A DNA stretch of 63,924 nucleotides, filler included, from Folioceros fuciformis (lineage: Eukaryota), in the NCBI GenBank assembly GCA_049999805.1. It is 10 parts of 10 records of this genome, joined end to end, with 100 filler letters (N's around TTAATTAATTAA, not from the genome) between each part and the next. Parts side by side here need not be neighbours in the genome. Positions count along the whole stretch, not along the records: positions 1 to 20,560 come from JBNGIO010003018.1; positions 20,661 to 24,463 come from JBNGIO010003020.1; positions 24,564 to 34,630 come from JBNGIO010003021.1; 7 more parts are not named here. One strand, written 5' to 3'. Within the stretch, counting starts at the first letter, position 1; each line of letters opens with the position of its first letter. The notes under the pieces are model-generated. The model ran no database searches, was not told the DNA's origin, and saw only the letters and a list, made by a program, of their open reading frames with translations. This document shows, piece after piece, positions 13,131 through 24,896 of this stretch. The position numbers and the translations under genes are program-made.

Positions 13131-13323
13131 TGTTAAGATATGAATCGTTATCCAGCCCTCACTGACAATCGAGCTCTGAAACGGGGCATACTTAAAGAAA
13201 CGGTTACACCTAGACTACTTTGGACCCCTTTTAACATCTTTCTTGATCTTAATGGAATTCATTCACTTCTGAGCACCTCGTCTAATCGTTTCTTCATGTC
13301 TGGTCTCGTTGACAAGCTTTTTA
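13131..13323 (+). repeat. 3' LTR preceded by polypurine tract gagaggggg
   Basis: Direct repeat of 7106-7297. Confidence 0.95.
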
Positions 13324-13439
13324 TAGTGCTTGGATGAGATTGCAGATCTGACTTTTATTGTTCGGGAGAGCTCGCAAGTATCAAGCTCAGAGCATGAGCA
13401 AGCTGGCACTCTTGTTTTGACGAGGTTGATTCTTGCAGG

Positions 13440-13630
13440 ATGAAGGAGGATTTTGGACGTGGAGTCTGGAGTAAATTGTCTCAGACTGAGTGGGGACGGG
13501 TTTGTGAGTCTGTGCTGGCCTTGGAACTCCTGGTGCAAGATGATGAATATGTTCCAGATTCTGTTTTCTATCGGGTTCTCAAGGGATGTATTGCGAGGAA
13601 AGATCTGATTGCAGCAGCAGCAGCAGCAGG
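13440..13630 (+). pseudogene. Truncated N-terminal fragment of a PLS-PPR gene ending in a (GCA)n run
   Basis: SKL...ALELLVQDDEYVPDSVFYRVLKGCIARKDL resembles SKL...ALELLLHSDCCSVPRSLFYNVLKKCVAERDL in the PPR at 26052-29258. Confidence 0.65.
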
Positions 13631-14531
13631 TGGCCAGGCAGCTCTTGAAGGATGAAGGGGCTGAGCTTATGAGGGGCCGGAAACAGAATCAGGAGCAGCT
13701 GCAAGCGCTGGATAAGGTGACCAAGAATATTACCGAATTGCGTGAAGAGCAGGATTGTTGATGTGGAATGTGACTATGGAACTGTTTCCAATTGCCATGA
13801 TTTCCCCGGAGCAGAAAGTAAGCATGTCCGAAACCTTGACAGTTGTGGGGGATAGTGTTTCTGATGAAGGACCAACTCTGCTGAAGGGTGCTAAAAGTGC
13901 CATTTCTCATTGGAAACCAAGGAGGCCTCGCTGTAACCGGGCCGCACAGAGCACAATGGAGGTCGGAAAGATCCCCCCTGTGTATGGTCTAGGTTTTTGG
14001 GGATCACACGAGTAGCATTGACCCCTTGATAAGTGCCAAAGAGACTTGAAAGAGACTTGATCTGGAATCCGAGACGACTGAAGGTCTACTTGGGAACCAC
14101 AGCCTCGAACATGTACAGATGTATGTCTCCCCGGCTGATCACTCACAGTCCTTAATGAATGGCGTGTCGAGTTGGGTTCCGTTGAGCCGGTTCATGGGCG
14201 GTGATTTGAAATCGTATGGCCCATAAGTGGCGCCCACCATTTCCCAGACCATATTTAGCTCGCCTTGCTGCTCTGGGTAAGGTTGTGGTAACTCGGCTTT
14301 CTACTTTGGGGAAGGTTCTGGTAGCTCGGTTCCGCTTTCGATTGGTTCCTAGGGGTCCGGGGCTGCGCCTACCTGGTTCTGCTGCTGTACAGACATAGAT
14401 CGGTGGGGATTTCAGCTTGAGCGCCGCCAACGCCGTGCCCACCCGCCTTTGCGAACGTCGCTGACAAGCAGGTATGCCTGCCCGCTCTCAGCTCGCCTCT
14501 CTGCTTCGGGTAAGGTTTGGGTAGCTCGGTT

Positions 14532-14635
14532 CGGGTTTGTTGCTGGTTTCTAGGGGTCCGGGTTTGTTGCTGGTTTCTNNNNNNNNNNCTGGTTTCTAGG
14601 GGTCCGGGTTTGTTGCTGGTTTCTAGGGGTCCGGG
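14532..14635 (+). repeat. 27-bp tandem repeat interrupted by a 10-N gap
   Basis: cgggtttgttgctggtttctaggggtc repeated on both sides of the gap. Confidence 0.9.
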
Positions 14636-14747
14636 ACTGCTTGACGGCTGGTCTGCTTGAGGCTGGTTCTGACGGCTGGTCTCTGATGTACAGACCTCTG
14701 TCGCCTCTCCCTGCCTAATCCCTTAGGACGCTGATTTGATATATAGA

Positions 14748-15437
14748 ATGGCTCCTGTGGCTCAAGACAACAAGAACCGCCTGAGTTCCATGTTCTATGG
14801 TCTTGTGTTTGATGTGTTTAAAAACTTAGACGAGACTCACGTGACCAGAGCCCTAGCTATCGGGGAACAGATCTCTCAGCTCGAGAGCACTATCCAGATC
14901 TCTCAGCTCAAGAGCACTATCCAGATCTCTCAGCTCGAGAGCACTGCCCAAGAGGCTCTTGCTGTGGGCTCTGTGAAAGACAGACTCATCCGAACTCTGG
15001 AGGAACATGTGGAACATGGGGTAAGGGTTTTGGAAGAACAGGTGCGGGATTTGCGCCTCAAGTTAGTACAGAGCAAGGGGCTTACAACGCTCCAAGGTTT
15101 GTGGGAACATCTTCAGGAGGAGCTCATTATTGCTCATGCTTTGGAGGGTAGGGATTGGTTTAAGAACTGGAAGGAGATCTTACATTCGAATAGGCCTCTG
15201 CAGGATTGCCTAGAGGCTTCAGCTGGATGGAGCCACCCGGTACAGGCAGCAAAGCTCGTTCAGATCTATAGGGTCCTGTCGGAGCATATTCATGAAGAAA
15301 AATCGAGGTTAAGGTTTGAGTTAAGTCGAACAGGCGGGTACATTCTCCTTGACCAACATCATCCATTGACATTTGACCAGGCATTGGCTACCATATGTGT
15401 AGCTTCTAGCTTAGGTTTGAATGTTAGACTTAGTTAG
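14748..15437 (+). CDS. Hypothetical coiled-coil protein (~229 aa) with an internal 9-aa triplication
   Basis: Open frame from ATG 14748; QISQL(E/K)ST x3 (27-bp repeat 14868-14945); helical C-terminal region ..KG..TLQGLWE..W..L..CL..W..IYRVLSEHIH. Confidence 0.6.
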   Translation: MAPVAQDNKNRLSSMFYGLVFDVFKNLDETHVTRALAIGEQISQLESTIQISQLKSTIQISQLESTAQEALAVGSVKDRLIRTLEEHVEHGVRVLEEQVRDLRLKLVQSKGLTTLQGLWEHLQEELIIAHALEGRDWFKNWKEILHSNRPLQDCLEASAGWSHPVQAAKLVQIYRVLSEHIHEEKSRLRFELSRTGGYILLDQHHPLTFDQALATICVASSLGLNVRLS

Positions 15438-15719
15438 ACTCTGGCTTAGCTTGGCTACAAACTGCTTAAGGTAAAGCAGTACCCAGTGATGGAGGGTGCT
15501 CCACACTTGTGAGTGTAGCATCATGGATGTCGTGCAAACACAACAGGCTAAGGTGAAGGCCCAAGTGAGTGATGCACAGCCAGATGATCGACTTCTACCA
15601 TACCACCTTCAGGGCAGGAAGGGTATGAGTCAGCTGGAAGATGAGGTCCAAATAGACTTGAAGCGAGCAACCGGGCTGACAACAAGAGGAAGCGGAATAG
15701 GGTGCTACACCTTATTGGG

Positions 15720-16070
15720 TCCAAGCATGCTGGAAACTGCCACACTACACGTACATGTTTATCAAATTGTTGGCGGCGACCACACCACTTTGATACCTTG
15801 TTTCATAATTTCTGCATGAAGCAGCTTTCCTTCCTTTCTTCAAGGCAACGGTGCCTACTCTTGCACATGCCTGCAAGAGGCACACAAACATCACATGCGT
15901 GGGTATAGCCTTTCCTTGTTCTTACATAATACTGTGAAGGTGAAGAGCCCTTTCCTTGTTCTTACATAACACTGTAAAGGTGAAGAGCTTCTTGCCCCAA
16001 GCCTTGCTGTGAATATCCTGAAATGAGAACAGTCCATGTCACCACATCTTTGTGATGAAGTCCATTGTCA
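15720..16070 (-). pseudogene. PLS-PPR pseudogene fragment
   Basis: Minus strand reads KDVVTWTVLISGYSQQGLGQEALHLYSVM*, VMFVCLLQACARVG..GKLLHAEI and ANNLINMYV*CGS, with stops, frameshifts and a ~39-bp internal duplication. Confidence 0.88.
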
Positions 16071-16549
16071 TGCCCAAAAATTATGGTCCTGAAAAGGGCA
16101 TCTTTCGGTATTTCGGTTTTTGCTAAATTGTGCGACGGTCTGAAAATTGCGTAGGGTCGGATCTTTCGTCTCGGACCGGAGTGGTTTCCGCACTAAGTCC
16201 GTTGCGACACCAGACTAAGACCATGTCCGAGAGCCCGGAGTGCAACTCGGATCGGGCTGTGCTTTCGGCTCTGGGATAACTGAATTCGGCCGGATTCGAA
16301 GCTGAGCTGGTTACCGGAGTCAGCTTCGGGCGTCGACTTCCGGACTCCGGCCAGAGAGTGGAGATGAGACGGCATCCCCAACACCTGTGACGGACGACTG
16401 AGATCGGTCGCGGTTCTGGGTGCGGCTGGAAGACTGGGCGGTAGTGAGCTGTGGAGTCGGCGGGCGGCCATGTCCGAGATCGAGCAAGTGTTGATTGCCG
16501 TTTGCAAGACTCACAAGTTGTCCAGAAGGGGACTTGCTTTGGGATGAAG

Positions 16550-16621
16550 CACGCGGTGGATTGGTGGGCACTGGGGATTTTGCTCTACGAGATGTTGTAC
16601 GGGCGGACGTCGTTCTGCGGT
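16550..16621 (+). pseudogene. Isolated AGC-type Ser/Thr kinase subdomain IX fragment
   Basis: HAVDWWALGILLYEMLYGRTSFCG; no other kinase subdomains visible nearby. Confidence 0.75.
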
Positions 16622-16981
16622 TGGAAGCCAGCACTCTGCCACTCCGCGCAGCCACGACCATACCAAGAGCGACCCCATAGCCAGAGTTTCAAGGTGGACA
16701 GTGACCGCGACAGAAGACCCCACCTGTAGCATTACTCCTACAACGGTGCTTGCAGCAAGGTGATGTAGGTGCTGGACAAGGGTAGGGCGGTGGCACTGGC
16801 TGCATCCATTGGTTGCATGTCCGTGGCGGGGGACGCTTAGGTGTGGGAGATCAGCTCGAGATTCGGGCCTCGATGGGGTAGGCACCACAACGGTGTCGAC
16901 TTGGCCGCCCCCACCTCGCTGCGGATGCCGGGGAAGTCACGTTCACGGGATGGGAACCCAGCGGCTATGGCNNNNNNNNNN

Positions 16982-19900
16982 TGAATGTCCATAATCTCTG
17001 GATGCCTGATCTGCCAATGCCTATGATGCTGCGCATCGCGTGCTAGCTGTTTGCTTCTCCTATTGACTTAAAAAATGCCTAGAAGACGGAGAGCCGCACG
17101 GTGCGTGGCCCCTCCCATTTCGCAGCTGCCAAGGGAACAATCCCATAACAATTCTCACAGGAATTGGGCGCCTCCACAGCGTGATCAAGGGAGGGTCACT
17201 ACCCATCGAAATTGGGTACCCCATGCTAGGGAACAAGGCACGACAAGTCTCTCTGAAATTCTTAGTGAAAGGAGACAGCTTCTGCGTTGGGAGAATCCTA
17301 ACAACAAAATTGCAGCATGGGAACAACACGGCCTTACCTTGCCCAGGCAAGGAGATGTGCCTCCCTATATCAATCCCAAAGCCATGGTTCATTGCTTCAA
17401 TGAGATCAGTGAAAGGATCGATGCTGTAATCTGTATGCTTGAGAGCCTGCAGCAACCGAGAGAGGAAACCCTACATGTTCAGAGGCCACAGACGCCTCCA
17501 CCACCCGAAAATTGGAACGATAAAACTTGAACTTTGCATCGTTTGGAGCCACGAGACATACCTGCCAGAGAAGGTCACGTCTGTTGGTGATGAATTGGCT
17601 TCATGTGAAGCTTGATAACCATGCAGGTTACTAAATAACCAACCAAGTGGTGCCAAAATACCTAGAAGGTTGTTGCTGTAGCTGGCGTTGTAAGGATCAT
17701 AATTCTCACAGTCCACCTACAGGCACAACAGGGCAGGTATTAACACACTTCTTCCGCTGCAATGGCAACTAACACAGCTAACATATCAGGAGTCGATTAC
17801 AGAGATCGATTCAATGGAACCAAGTATAACATTTGGACAATCCGGATGAAGTCTACACTTGAGTTCAAAGAGGTATGGAAGTACGTGGATGGTTCCTCAC
17901 CTTGTCCCACACTAACTGCAGCCTCAACAAAGGCAGAGCAGGGCAAGCCTACTAGCATTAGCTACAACAAAGGTGATAAGAAGAAGAAGAAGAAAGGAGC
18001 ATGCAATTGGTGTCTAATTGAAGGGCATTGGGAGCGTGACTGCCGTAAGAAAAGGGCAGGTGAACCATGCAAGAACAAGCCTCACAAAACACATGTTGCT
18101 GAATCGACAAGCAGGACTGTACCTTCAATTATGATAGTATGCTTCCTTTCTACTCGTACATCATCCTCTTTGTGGTACTTGGACTCCGGAGCATCTGCTC
18201 ACATATGCAACAACATGAGTTGCTTCAAAACATTTGCTGTTGATTCCTCAGGGCAAGTTGTTATAGTGGCTAACGAGAGATCAGTTGCTGTGAAGGGCAA
18301 AGGGACAGTGATTTTACACACCTCTGTAGGAACAGATTTACGCCTACGGGATGTCCTCTACGTACCCTGCATGACCAAAAACCTGGTTTCAGTGAAGGCC
18401 CTTACCTCTAGCAACAATGTCACCTTCCTGTTTACAAGACACGGCTGCAGGTTATTCTAGGGTGACACAACTGATCAATGCATCGCTGAAGGAACAGCGC
18501 AGGACGACTTGTATGTATTACAACTCTTACCTGCGGGCTCTTGTACCACCCCGTCGAGTGGGAGTAGTGTTGCTTGTGTGGCAGACTCTTTTTCTTCGAG
18601 AACACTCTTGTGGCACATGCGTTTTGGCCACATGAATCTCCCAAAACTTCTGCGTCACACACAGGCTGATTATTTTAGAATAGGTGAAGGTCTCCCCAAA
18701 TTAGGGAAACAAATTCAAGTCTGTGAGTCTTGTGTTATGGGTAAGCACAAGTAGCTCCCCTTCACCAACAGTAACCCTACAAAGAGAAACCAGCCTGTTA
18801 GAATTGTTACACGCAGACATATGTGGACCGCTAAGTGAACCTTCACTAGGTGGAGCAGAGTATTACCTGGTCATCGTTGACGATTATAGTAGGTTCACTC
18901 ACACCTATCCACTGAAGAGGAAAAGTGAAGCATTCACTATCTTCCAGGACTTCAAAACAATGGCTGAATCATAGATAGGATCCAAAGTTCGCTGCTTACG
19001 GACAGATAATGGGGGTGAGTTCAGCTCCAATCCTTTTAAGGACTGGTGTAAAGCTCATGGAATCATGCGTCAATACACGGTACCTTATACATCCCAACAA
19101 AATGGGATAGCTAAGAAGAAGATTGGAGACATTGCCAGCGCAGCAAGGACAATGCTCTATGCCTCCAATCTCCCCAAGCCCTATTGGGTTCAGGCTGCCG
19201 TAACAGCCACCTACGTCATGAACAGGATGCACACATCAGCCATTCCGTTAGGGACAACACCATTTGAGTTGTGGCATAAGAGAAAACCAGGAGTGGCTCA
19301 CCTAAGAGTTTTCGGTTGCACTGCTTGGGCCCTTGTTCCCCTTCAGGGAAGGCCTAAGTTAGCGAAAAGGGCAACCAAGCACATCTTCGTCGGTTATGGA
19401 GATCAGGTGAAAGCATACAAACTGTATTCTCCCTCCACCCTTCAACTGACATATGCCAGGAGCGTTGTCTTCAACAAAGCTCTTGTCATATAGCGTGCTG
19501 TGGGAGTTTCAACTGCAATTGGAGACTCGAGCCAGCAGCCATCACGGGAATTTATCACTACACAACCAGACTTGTTCATGGGAGGAAAAAGTTCGGATTC
19601 TCACACATATCCTGATGACGATAATCCCGATGACGATGATGACAACCCCGATCCCAGTGCTAGTTTCCAACTACCCACTCCAAGTGTTTTCTCTGGTTTT
19701 CAACCGGGCCTTCATTGATCACAATTTTGGCTTGTATCCCCTTTGCCCATGAACCGGTAGAATATGCCGATGCTAAGGAGGAGTTGCAAGACAGCACGAC
19801 ATTGCCACATTTGTCCCTTGCACTCGTGCCTCATGAACAGGGAGGCCGTCGCGATGAAGGGCATGCCCCTGTCCTCCCCCTCGACCTAGGATCGGGACGG

Positions 19901-20560
19901 CATGCAGATGAACACGCTGCTGATCCTCTCAGCACTACGCGTAAGGCAGGAGAATCTATAGCACCCGGACATGGTAGACAGGGTCCACATGACATGGGCA
20001 AACCAGATCAAAGCTGGAGAGCGTGGGTGCAGCGACCTCCACATGAGCAGACGAGGCGAACTGGAAACGGGCTTGGGTCACCACCGGTTGCACTTGCCAG
20101 CCCTCGCGCTAGGGATTGCGCTGAGCAAACTGCACATGACCTCTTTGCGCTGGCACAAGGTGGAACATCCCGCTCCGGCATGCAATAGGATGCAGGCCCG
20201 GTCCCTCAACGTCGCCCATCCACACGGGAGCCCGACGCTCCCGTTCGTTGGTCTCCTGAGCCCCCCATATCTAGATCCCATATACGTACACGGGCACTTA
20301 CAGATATTTTGGCAGATACCAGCACTGGAAATTTGCCCGATTATGCAATTCCTACTGAAGACAATATGGTTGATAATTCCATTAATGCTGATTTTTTTGC
20401 TTTTACTAATTCTACTTCATGTGATCCCAAGGCCCTCCTTGCACATGCTCTACTCACGGTTGATGGTGAACCGGCTACATATCGTGAGGCATTGGATGGA
20501 CCCAATGGTGCTGCAATAGAAAGTGAGTATGATTCTTTGCTTGAAAATCATACATGGGAT
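16982..20560 (+). mobile_element. Degenerate copia element (extra ORF, internally deleted gag, PR, INT, start of RT)
   Basis: 17762 YRDRFNGTKY.IW jumps almost directly to CNWCLIEGHWERDC; YLDSGASAH; LHADICGP; YTSQQNG; EPATYREAL...IESEYDSL at the segment end. Confidence 0.93.
17075..17530 (+). CDS. Extra ORF upstream of copia gag (151 aa, Arg-rich start, C-terminal amphipathic helix)
   Basis: ATG-initiated MPRRRRAAR...; MVHCFNEISERIDAVICMLESLQ; ends ~230 bp before gag. Confidence 0.5.
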   Translation: MPRRRRAARCVAPPISQLPREQSHNNSHRNWAPPQRDQGRVTTHRNWVPHAREQGTTSLSEILSERRQLLRWENPNNKIAAWEQHGLTLPRQGDVPPYINPKAMVHCFNEISERIDAVICMLESLQQPREETLHVQRPQTPPPPENWNDKT

Positions 20561-20660
20561 NNNNNNNNNNNNNNNNNNNNNNNNNNNNNNNNNNNNNNNN
20601 NNNNTTAATTAATTAANNNNNNNNNNNNNNNNNNNNNNNNNNNNNNNNNNNNNNNNNNNN
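20561..20660. other. Artificial contig linker (44N-TTAATTAATTAA-44N); also at 24464-24563, 34631-34730, 40998-41097, 45447-45546, 51311-51410, 55176-55275, 60645-60744, 62086-62185
   Basis: The same 100-bp structure occurs nine times; the 12-mer has stop codons in all six frames. Confidence 0.98.
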
Positions 20661-22424
20661 TCAATCACTGATGGATAACAAAACTTGGACTCTTGTACCA
20701 TTACCACTAGGACGTCACGTTGTGGGAAGCAAATGGGTACTCCGCAAGAAATATAATACTGATGGCCAGGTTTCTAGACTTAAGGCTCGTTTTGTCGCAC
20801 GAGGTTTCACTCAGCGTGATGAGTTCGACTACTCAAGTGATAGGGTCTACACCCCGGTTGTCAAACTAACCTCTCTGCTCACCTTAGCAGCTATTCATAA
20901 CCTCCATACCCACCAGCTCGACGTGCAGACCGCGTATCTTCACGGCACTCTTAAGGAGGAAATCTATATCAAGCAACCAGATGGATACATCAAACCAGGA
21001 CAAGAGGACTTGGTTTGTTTGCTTCACAAAGGTCTTTACGGCCTTAAACAATATGGTAAAGAATGGTATGAAGAACTTTTCACATGCCTCCGAGATCTAG
21101 GATATACAAGGAGCAATGCTGATGCTTGTGTTTTCACTAGGAACGTCGGCTCTCGCATGCTAATGATGGGCCTGTACGTTGATGATCTGATCATGATCTC
21201 TAACGATACAACATACCTAACCGAATGTAAAGGTGCACTCCTGTATAGATTTATCATGACAGATAATGGCATCATGCAATTTTGCCTCGGCATACAGGTT
21301 GTATATGATTCTTCTCAATGGAGTATTACTTTACACCAGGAGCGGTATGTGATTGACATTCTGGATAAATTCTACATGACCAACTGTAAACCAGCGGAGA
21401 CTCCTATGCAGACAGGACCTCGTCTTAGCAAGACTATGTGTCCGCAGACTCCTCAAGAACAGGAGGACATGAAACCTATTCCATATGCTGGAGCGGTTGG
21501 CAGCCTTCAGCACCTAGTACAGAACACAAGGCCTGATATAGCTCTTCCAACTTCCTTGACATCAGAATTTCTCTCCAATGCTGGCCAAGCCCATTGGGTT
21601 GCCGTCAAGCGCATTCTTAGATACCTGCAAGGTACCAAGCGCAAGGGCATCAAATATCAAGGTGGGTGTGGAGCCCAAACTAAGCTTACAGGTTGGACGG
21701 ATGCAGATTATGGAGGAGACCCTGACTCACGTAAATCAACCAGTGGCTACGTTTTCCTCTTGGCAGGGGGTGCTGTTAGCTGGAAAGCTAAGAAATAGAC
21801 ATCCACAGCTCAAAGCTCTGCGGAATCAGAATACATTGCCGCTGCTGCTGCTGCCAAGGAGGGTCTCTGGTTGGTTCAACTATTAAAGGATCTGGGCTAC
21901 CCACATGACGGACCCATCAAAATCCTTTGTGACAATCAGGCAGCTATTCTACTCTCCAATGATTTCTGTTTTCACGAACGCTCTAAGCACATCGAGATTC
22001 GTTATCACTTCCTACGCACGAAGGTGGAGAGTGGGGAACTATATCTCACCTATGTATCTACAGAGAGGATCAGGTGGCGGATATATTTACCAAGCCACTG
22101 TCCAAGGTCAAGCACTGTTCAAGGTCAAGCACTTGCACTTCACCAGCGCGTTAGGACTCACAGATCATTCTTGATGTCCCAATCTCCTCGTTTGCGCTTA
22201 AGGGGGTGTGTGAACATGTAGAAATACGCGTAGATAAGCTGACCGTAGAATTCAGAACACCAGGGAACACGTCTGTTCGTGAACGGTTGCAACCCTTCGG
22301 GACTCGTCTCCCTCATGCCCCTAGAGAATAAGCCCCGTCTCCCTCATGCCCCTAGAGAATAAGCCTTGTACAGATAGTACAACACATAATATATATAGAA
22401 TCTATCGTCTCACCATTCTTACCA
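20661..22424 (+). mobile_element. Copia RT-RNase H with PPT and probable 3' LTR (~22207-22424)
   Basis: RLKARFVARGF, LYVDD, WTDADYGGD, RSKHIEIRYHF; purine tract aaggggg at 22200-22206 then TG; candidate end ttacca at 22424 (unpaired, so uncertain); ~31-bp tandem duplication inside the LTR. Confidence 0.9.
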
Positions 22425-22924
22425 TAAGACAGTCACATCAGTCAAGTGACCTAGAGTGTGCTGCGTCAAGTGACCCAGAGTGTGCTGCGTCAATGACACA
22501 GGAACAAAGTGCCCAATCAAGGGCGAAGACGTGGCGAAGACGTGGTGCGATATTCGGACGTTTGACAGACTGTGTTGCGAAGGTACCGGGCGTAAAATGG
22601 AACTCTTGCAGGAAAGTAGACAAGGCTGATCTTTCCCGCTTGGAGTACCGCTGATAAGTTTGGAAATCTGGACCTGCACAGCAGAGGTGACCGGATTCAC
22701 CATCGCTGTACTTGAGACTGGCCAGAGGAAGAGACCTATTGAAGGCATGCATGGTTTGTTTTTTTTGTAGTTTTCACATTATGACGAGTAGCATTTATGT
22801 CACTGGACAATCCTGATGTTGTTCCATGTAACGTTCACTGTACAGCTGAATCATAACGTCAACAACTTGTGCTGCTTAAAGTCGATGTTCTTTCATCGTG
22901 CTCTCCTCGTGAGCCAAGGAGCCG

Positions 22925-24293
22925 TTAGTCGACGAGAAGAGACTCCAAGTATTCCTTTCCACCCAGCGAGCCAATCTTTCCCCGAAGCTGCAAATAGCCT
23001 TCGAAGGTTATGGGGCGGTAGCGTAACCGCTCGCCGTCTTTGGAATGTGCGGACATCAGAGTGCCAGGATTGGGTCGCAGCGCTATCAAAAGGGAAATGC
23101 GATCTGCTACCGAGCTAACGACCCCTCGGTGCATCAGGCTCCGATACTTCCCATTACTACAAATCTGTATGAAGGAAACCCAGCAGGTGCGTCAGACATC
23201 ATTCTAACATATGAAGAGATCGCAACTGTGATGGCAGAAGCAAGCACGGCACTAACCTCCAAAACATCCCCCACATTGACAACAAGACCTCCAGGCACGG
23301 GATAGATAGTAACCCACTCCCCGTTGCGCAGAATCTGTAGACCAGGCACAGCATCAGTCTGCTGCAAAATGTTGAGAATGCTAGCATCCGCATGCGCGTT
23401 CAGGCCGAGGACGTCTGACGGTCGTGAACATATGGGATAGTAGTTGCTGGTGACTGTGGCCATCCCAGACACCTCCTCCAGATAGGACAGCGGAATCCCC
23501 GAATTCTCACTTATGATCTTGGTCAGAACAGAGCCCACCTTGACCAGTTCGGCCTGCCACTGGTCAATTTTTCGTCTGCGGGACACATCCGACAATCATT
23601 GCAAGCTCCATGGCAACGTTGTGAAATCTGAGTTGGATGCGACTGACATAGGCGCAGCGGGTTTTGCCTGAAATTCGGAGGCTGTTGAGGCCATTCGTAT
23701 CCCTCCGCAGGTCCGTGGAAGCGCTCGTCGTGGAAGAAGAAGACATCTCGCCACTCCAGTCCAGTGGCCCGATGCTGCTGCAGCAAACGCCCGTAGCCGG
23801 CGAAATTGCGCCGATACTTGCTTGCGCATTTGAGCTTCTCCTCCAGGGGCAGCTCATAGAATTGACGCATAACATCCATCCCTTGTTCCAGCACTTTCGC
23901 ATCCGCGCCATGATTCACCACCTAGGCCATGGTTTAATGCATTCACGAATGCTGAGACTGAAGGATACACTGATCAGCACATGTGCCATAAGCTGGCTGT
24001 AGAGAAATGGTCACCTGAAAAAAGCCCCACTCCTCGCATGCGGACGCGATCCGTGCACGCACAGCCTTCTTGGCCGCCTCGTCGCCGCTGTAGTAGTCTG
24101 AAAGATCGATAATGGGCACTTCCTCCTTGGAATCGTCTAAGGGTATTGGCTCTGCCTGAAGGAAACAATCGGGCACGTGCCCCTTCTCGCGCTCGGCGAT
24201 GAACTGCACTGGCGCTTTCTGGAAAAATTCCAGCGGCAACTCCTTACCTTCATGAGACTCCAATGCGCACAGCTGGGAAACGTCAGGGGCCAT
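22925..24293 (-). CDS. 2-oxoglutarate/Fe(II)-dependent dioxygenase (DOXC class), 4 exons
   Basis: Exons 24293-24015, 23921-23668, 23575-23257, 23164-22925. Motifs VPIIDLS, ACEEWGFFQVVNHG, NYYP, HAD...H iron ligands, SNGKYRS, RIS. Confidence 0.93.
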
Positions 24294-24563
24294 TTCATCG
24301 GAGATCGCAAGCCTACACCAGAATTGCAAACCAGACGTATGGAGACTTTCGCACTCCGGGACAATATTGAAAGGATCTGTTTAAAATATGAACCACAGAT
24401 ATATTTGGATTACAGTTCCACCAAGCATCACAAGTCCAGATTCCTTGGCCTTACACAGTGCATNNNNNNNNNNNNNNNNNNNNNNNNNNNNNNNNNNNNN
24501 NNNNNNNTTAATTAATTAANNNNNNNNNNNNNNNNNNNNNNNNNNNNNNNNNNNNNNNNNNNN

Positions 24564-24896
24564 GGTCGCGCAGGACGACTGGAGGAAGCACTAGGTTTTG
24601 TAAGGACAATGCCTGTAATGCCTGATGCTGCAGTGTGGCGCACTCTCCTGGGTTCTTGTAGAAAGTGGACCAATGTGGAGGTGGGACGTCATGCTTTCGA
24701 TCCAGCAGTGAAGCTAGACAAGCAAGATCCATTAGCATATATCTTGAGTTCGAACATATACACTGGTGCTCAGATGTGGGAGCAGGCAGAGGAGATGCAG
24801 GCAAGAAGAGTAACCCTTGTGGCGTGGAAGCAGCCGGGGCAGGGCTGGTGGAGAGACATGGACGGATCTGTGCATAGCTTTTTCAGCTGGGGATAA
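24564..24896 (+). CDS. C-terminal S2-E1-E2/PG-box part of a PLS-PPR gene (5' part cut by linker)
   Basis: GRAGRLEEA..MPVMPDAAVWRTLLGSC..AYILSSNIY..KQPGQGWWRDMDGSVHSF, then a stop; no deaminase domain visible. Confidence 0.85.
   Translation, partial: GRAGRLEEALGFVRTMPVMPDAAVWRTLLGSCRKWTNVEVGRHAFDPAVKLDKQDPLAYILSSNIYTGAQMWEQAEEMQARRVTLVAWKQPGQGWWRDMDGSVHSFFSWG

Larger units (their letters stand above)
7106..13323 (+). mobile_element. Structurally complete Ty1/copia LTR retrotransposon (~6.2 kb)
   Basis: Paired LTRs at 7106-7297 and 13131-13323; PBS 7298-7309; PPT 13122-13130; flanks cagtg/tagtg (5-bp TSD with 1 mismatch); gag-PR-INT-RT-RH order. Confidence 0.98.

Noticed and set aside
20605-20616. 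Recurrent TTAATTAATTAA palindrome as a biological motif
   Set aside because: Always centred in exactly 44+44 Ns; a synthetic six-frame-stop linker.
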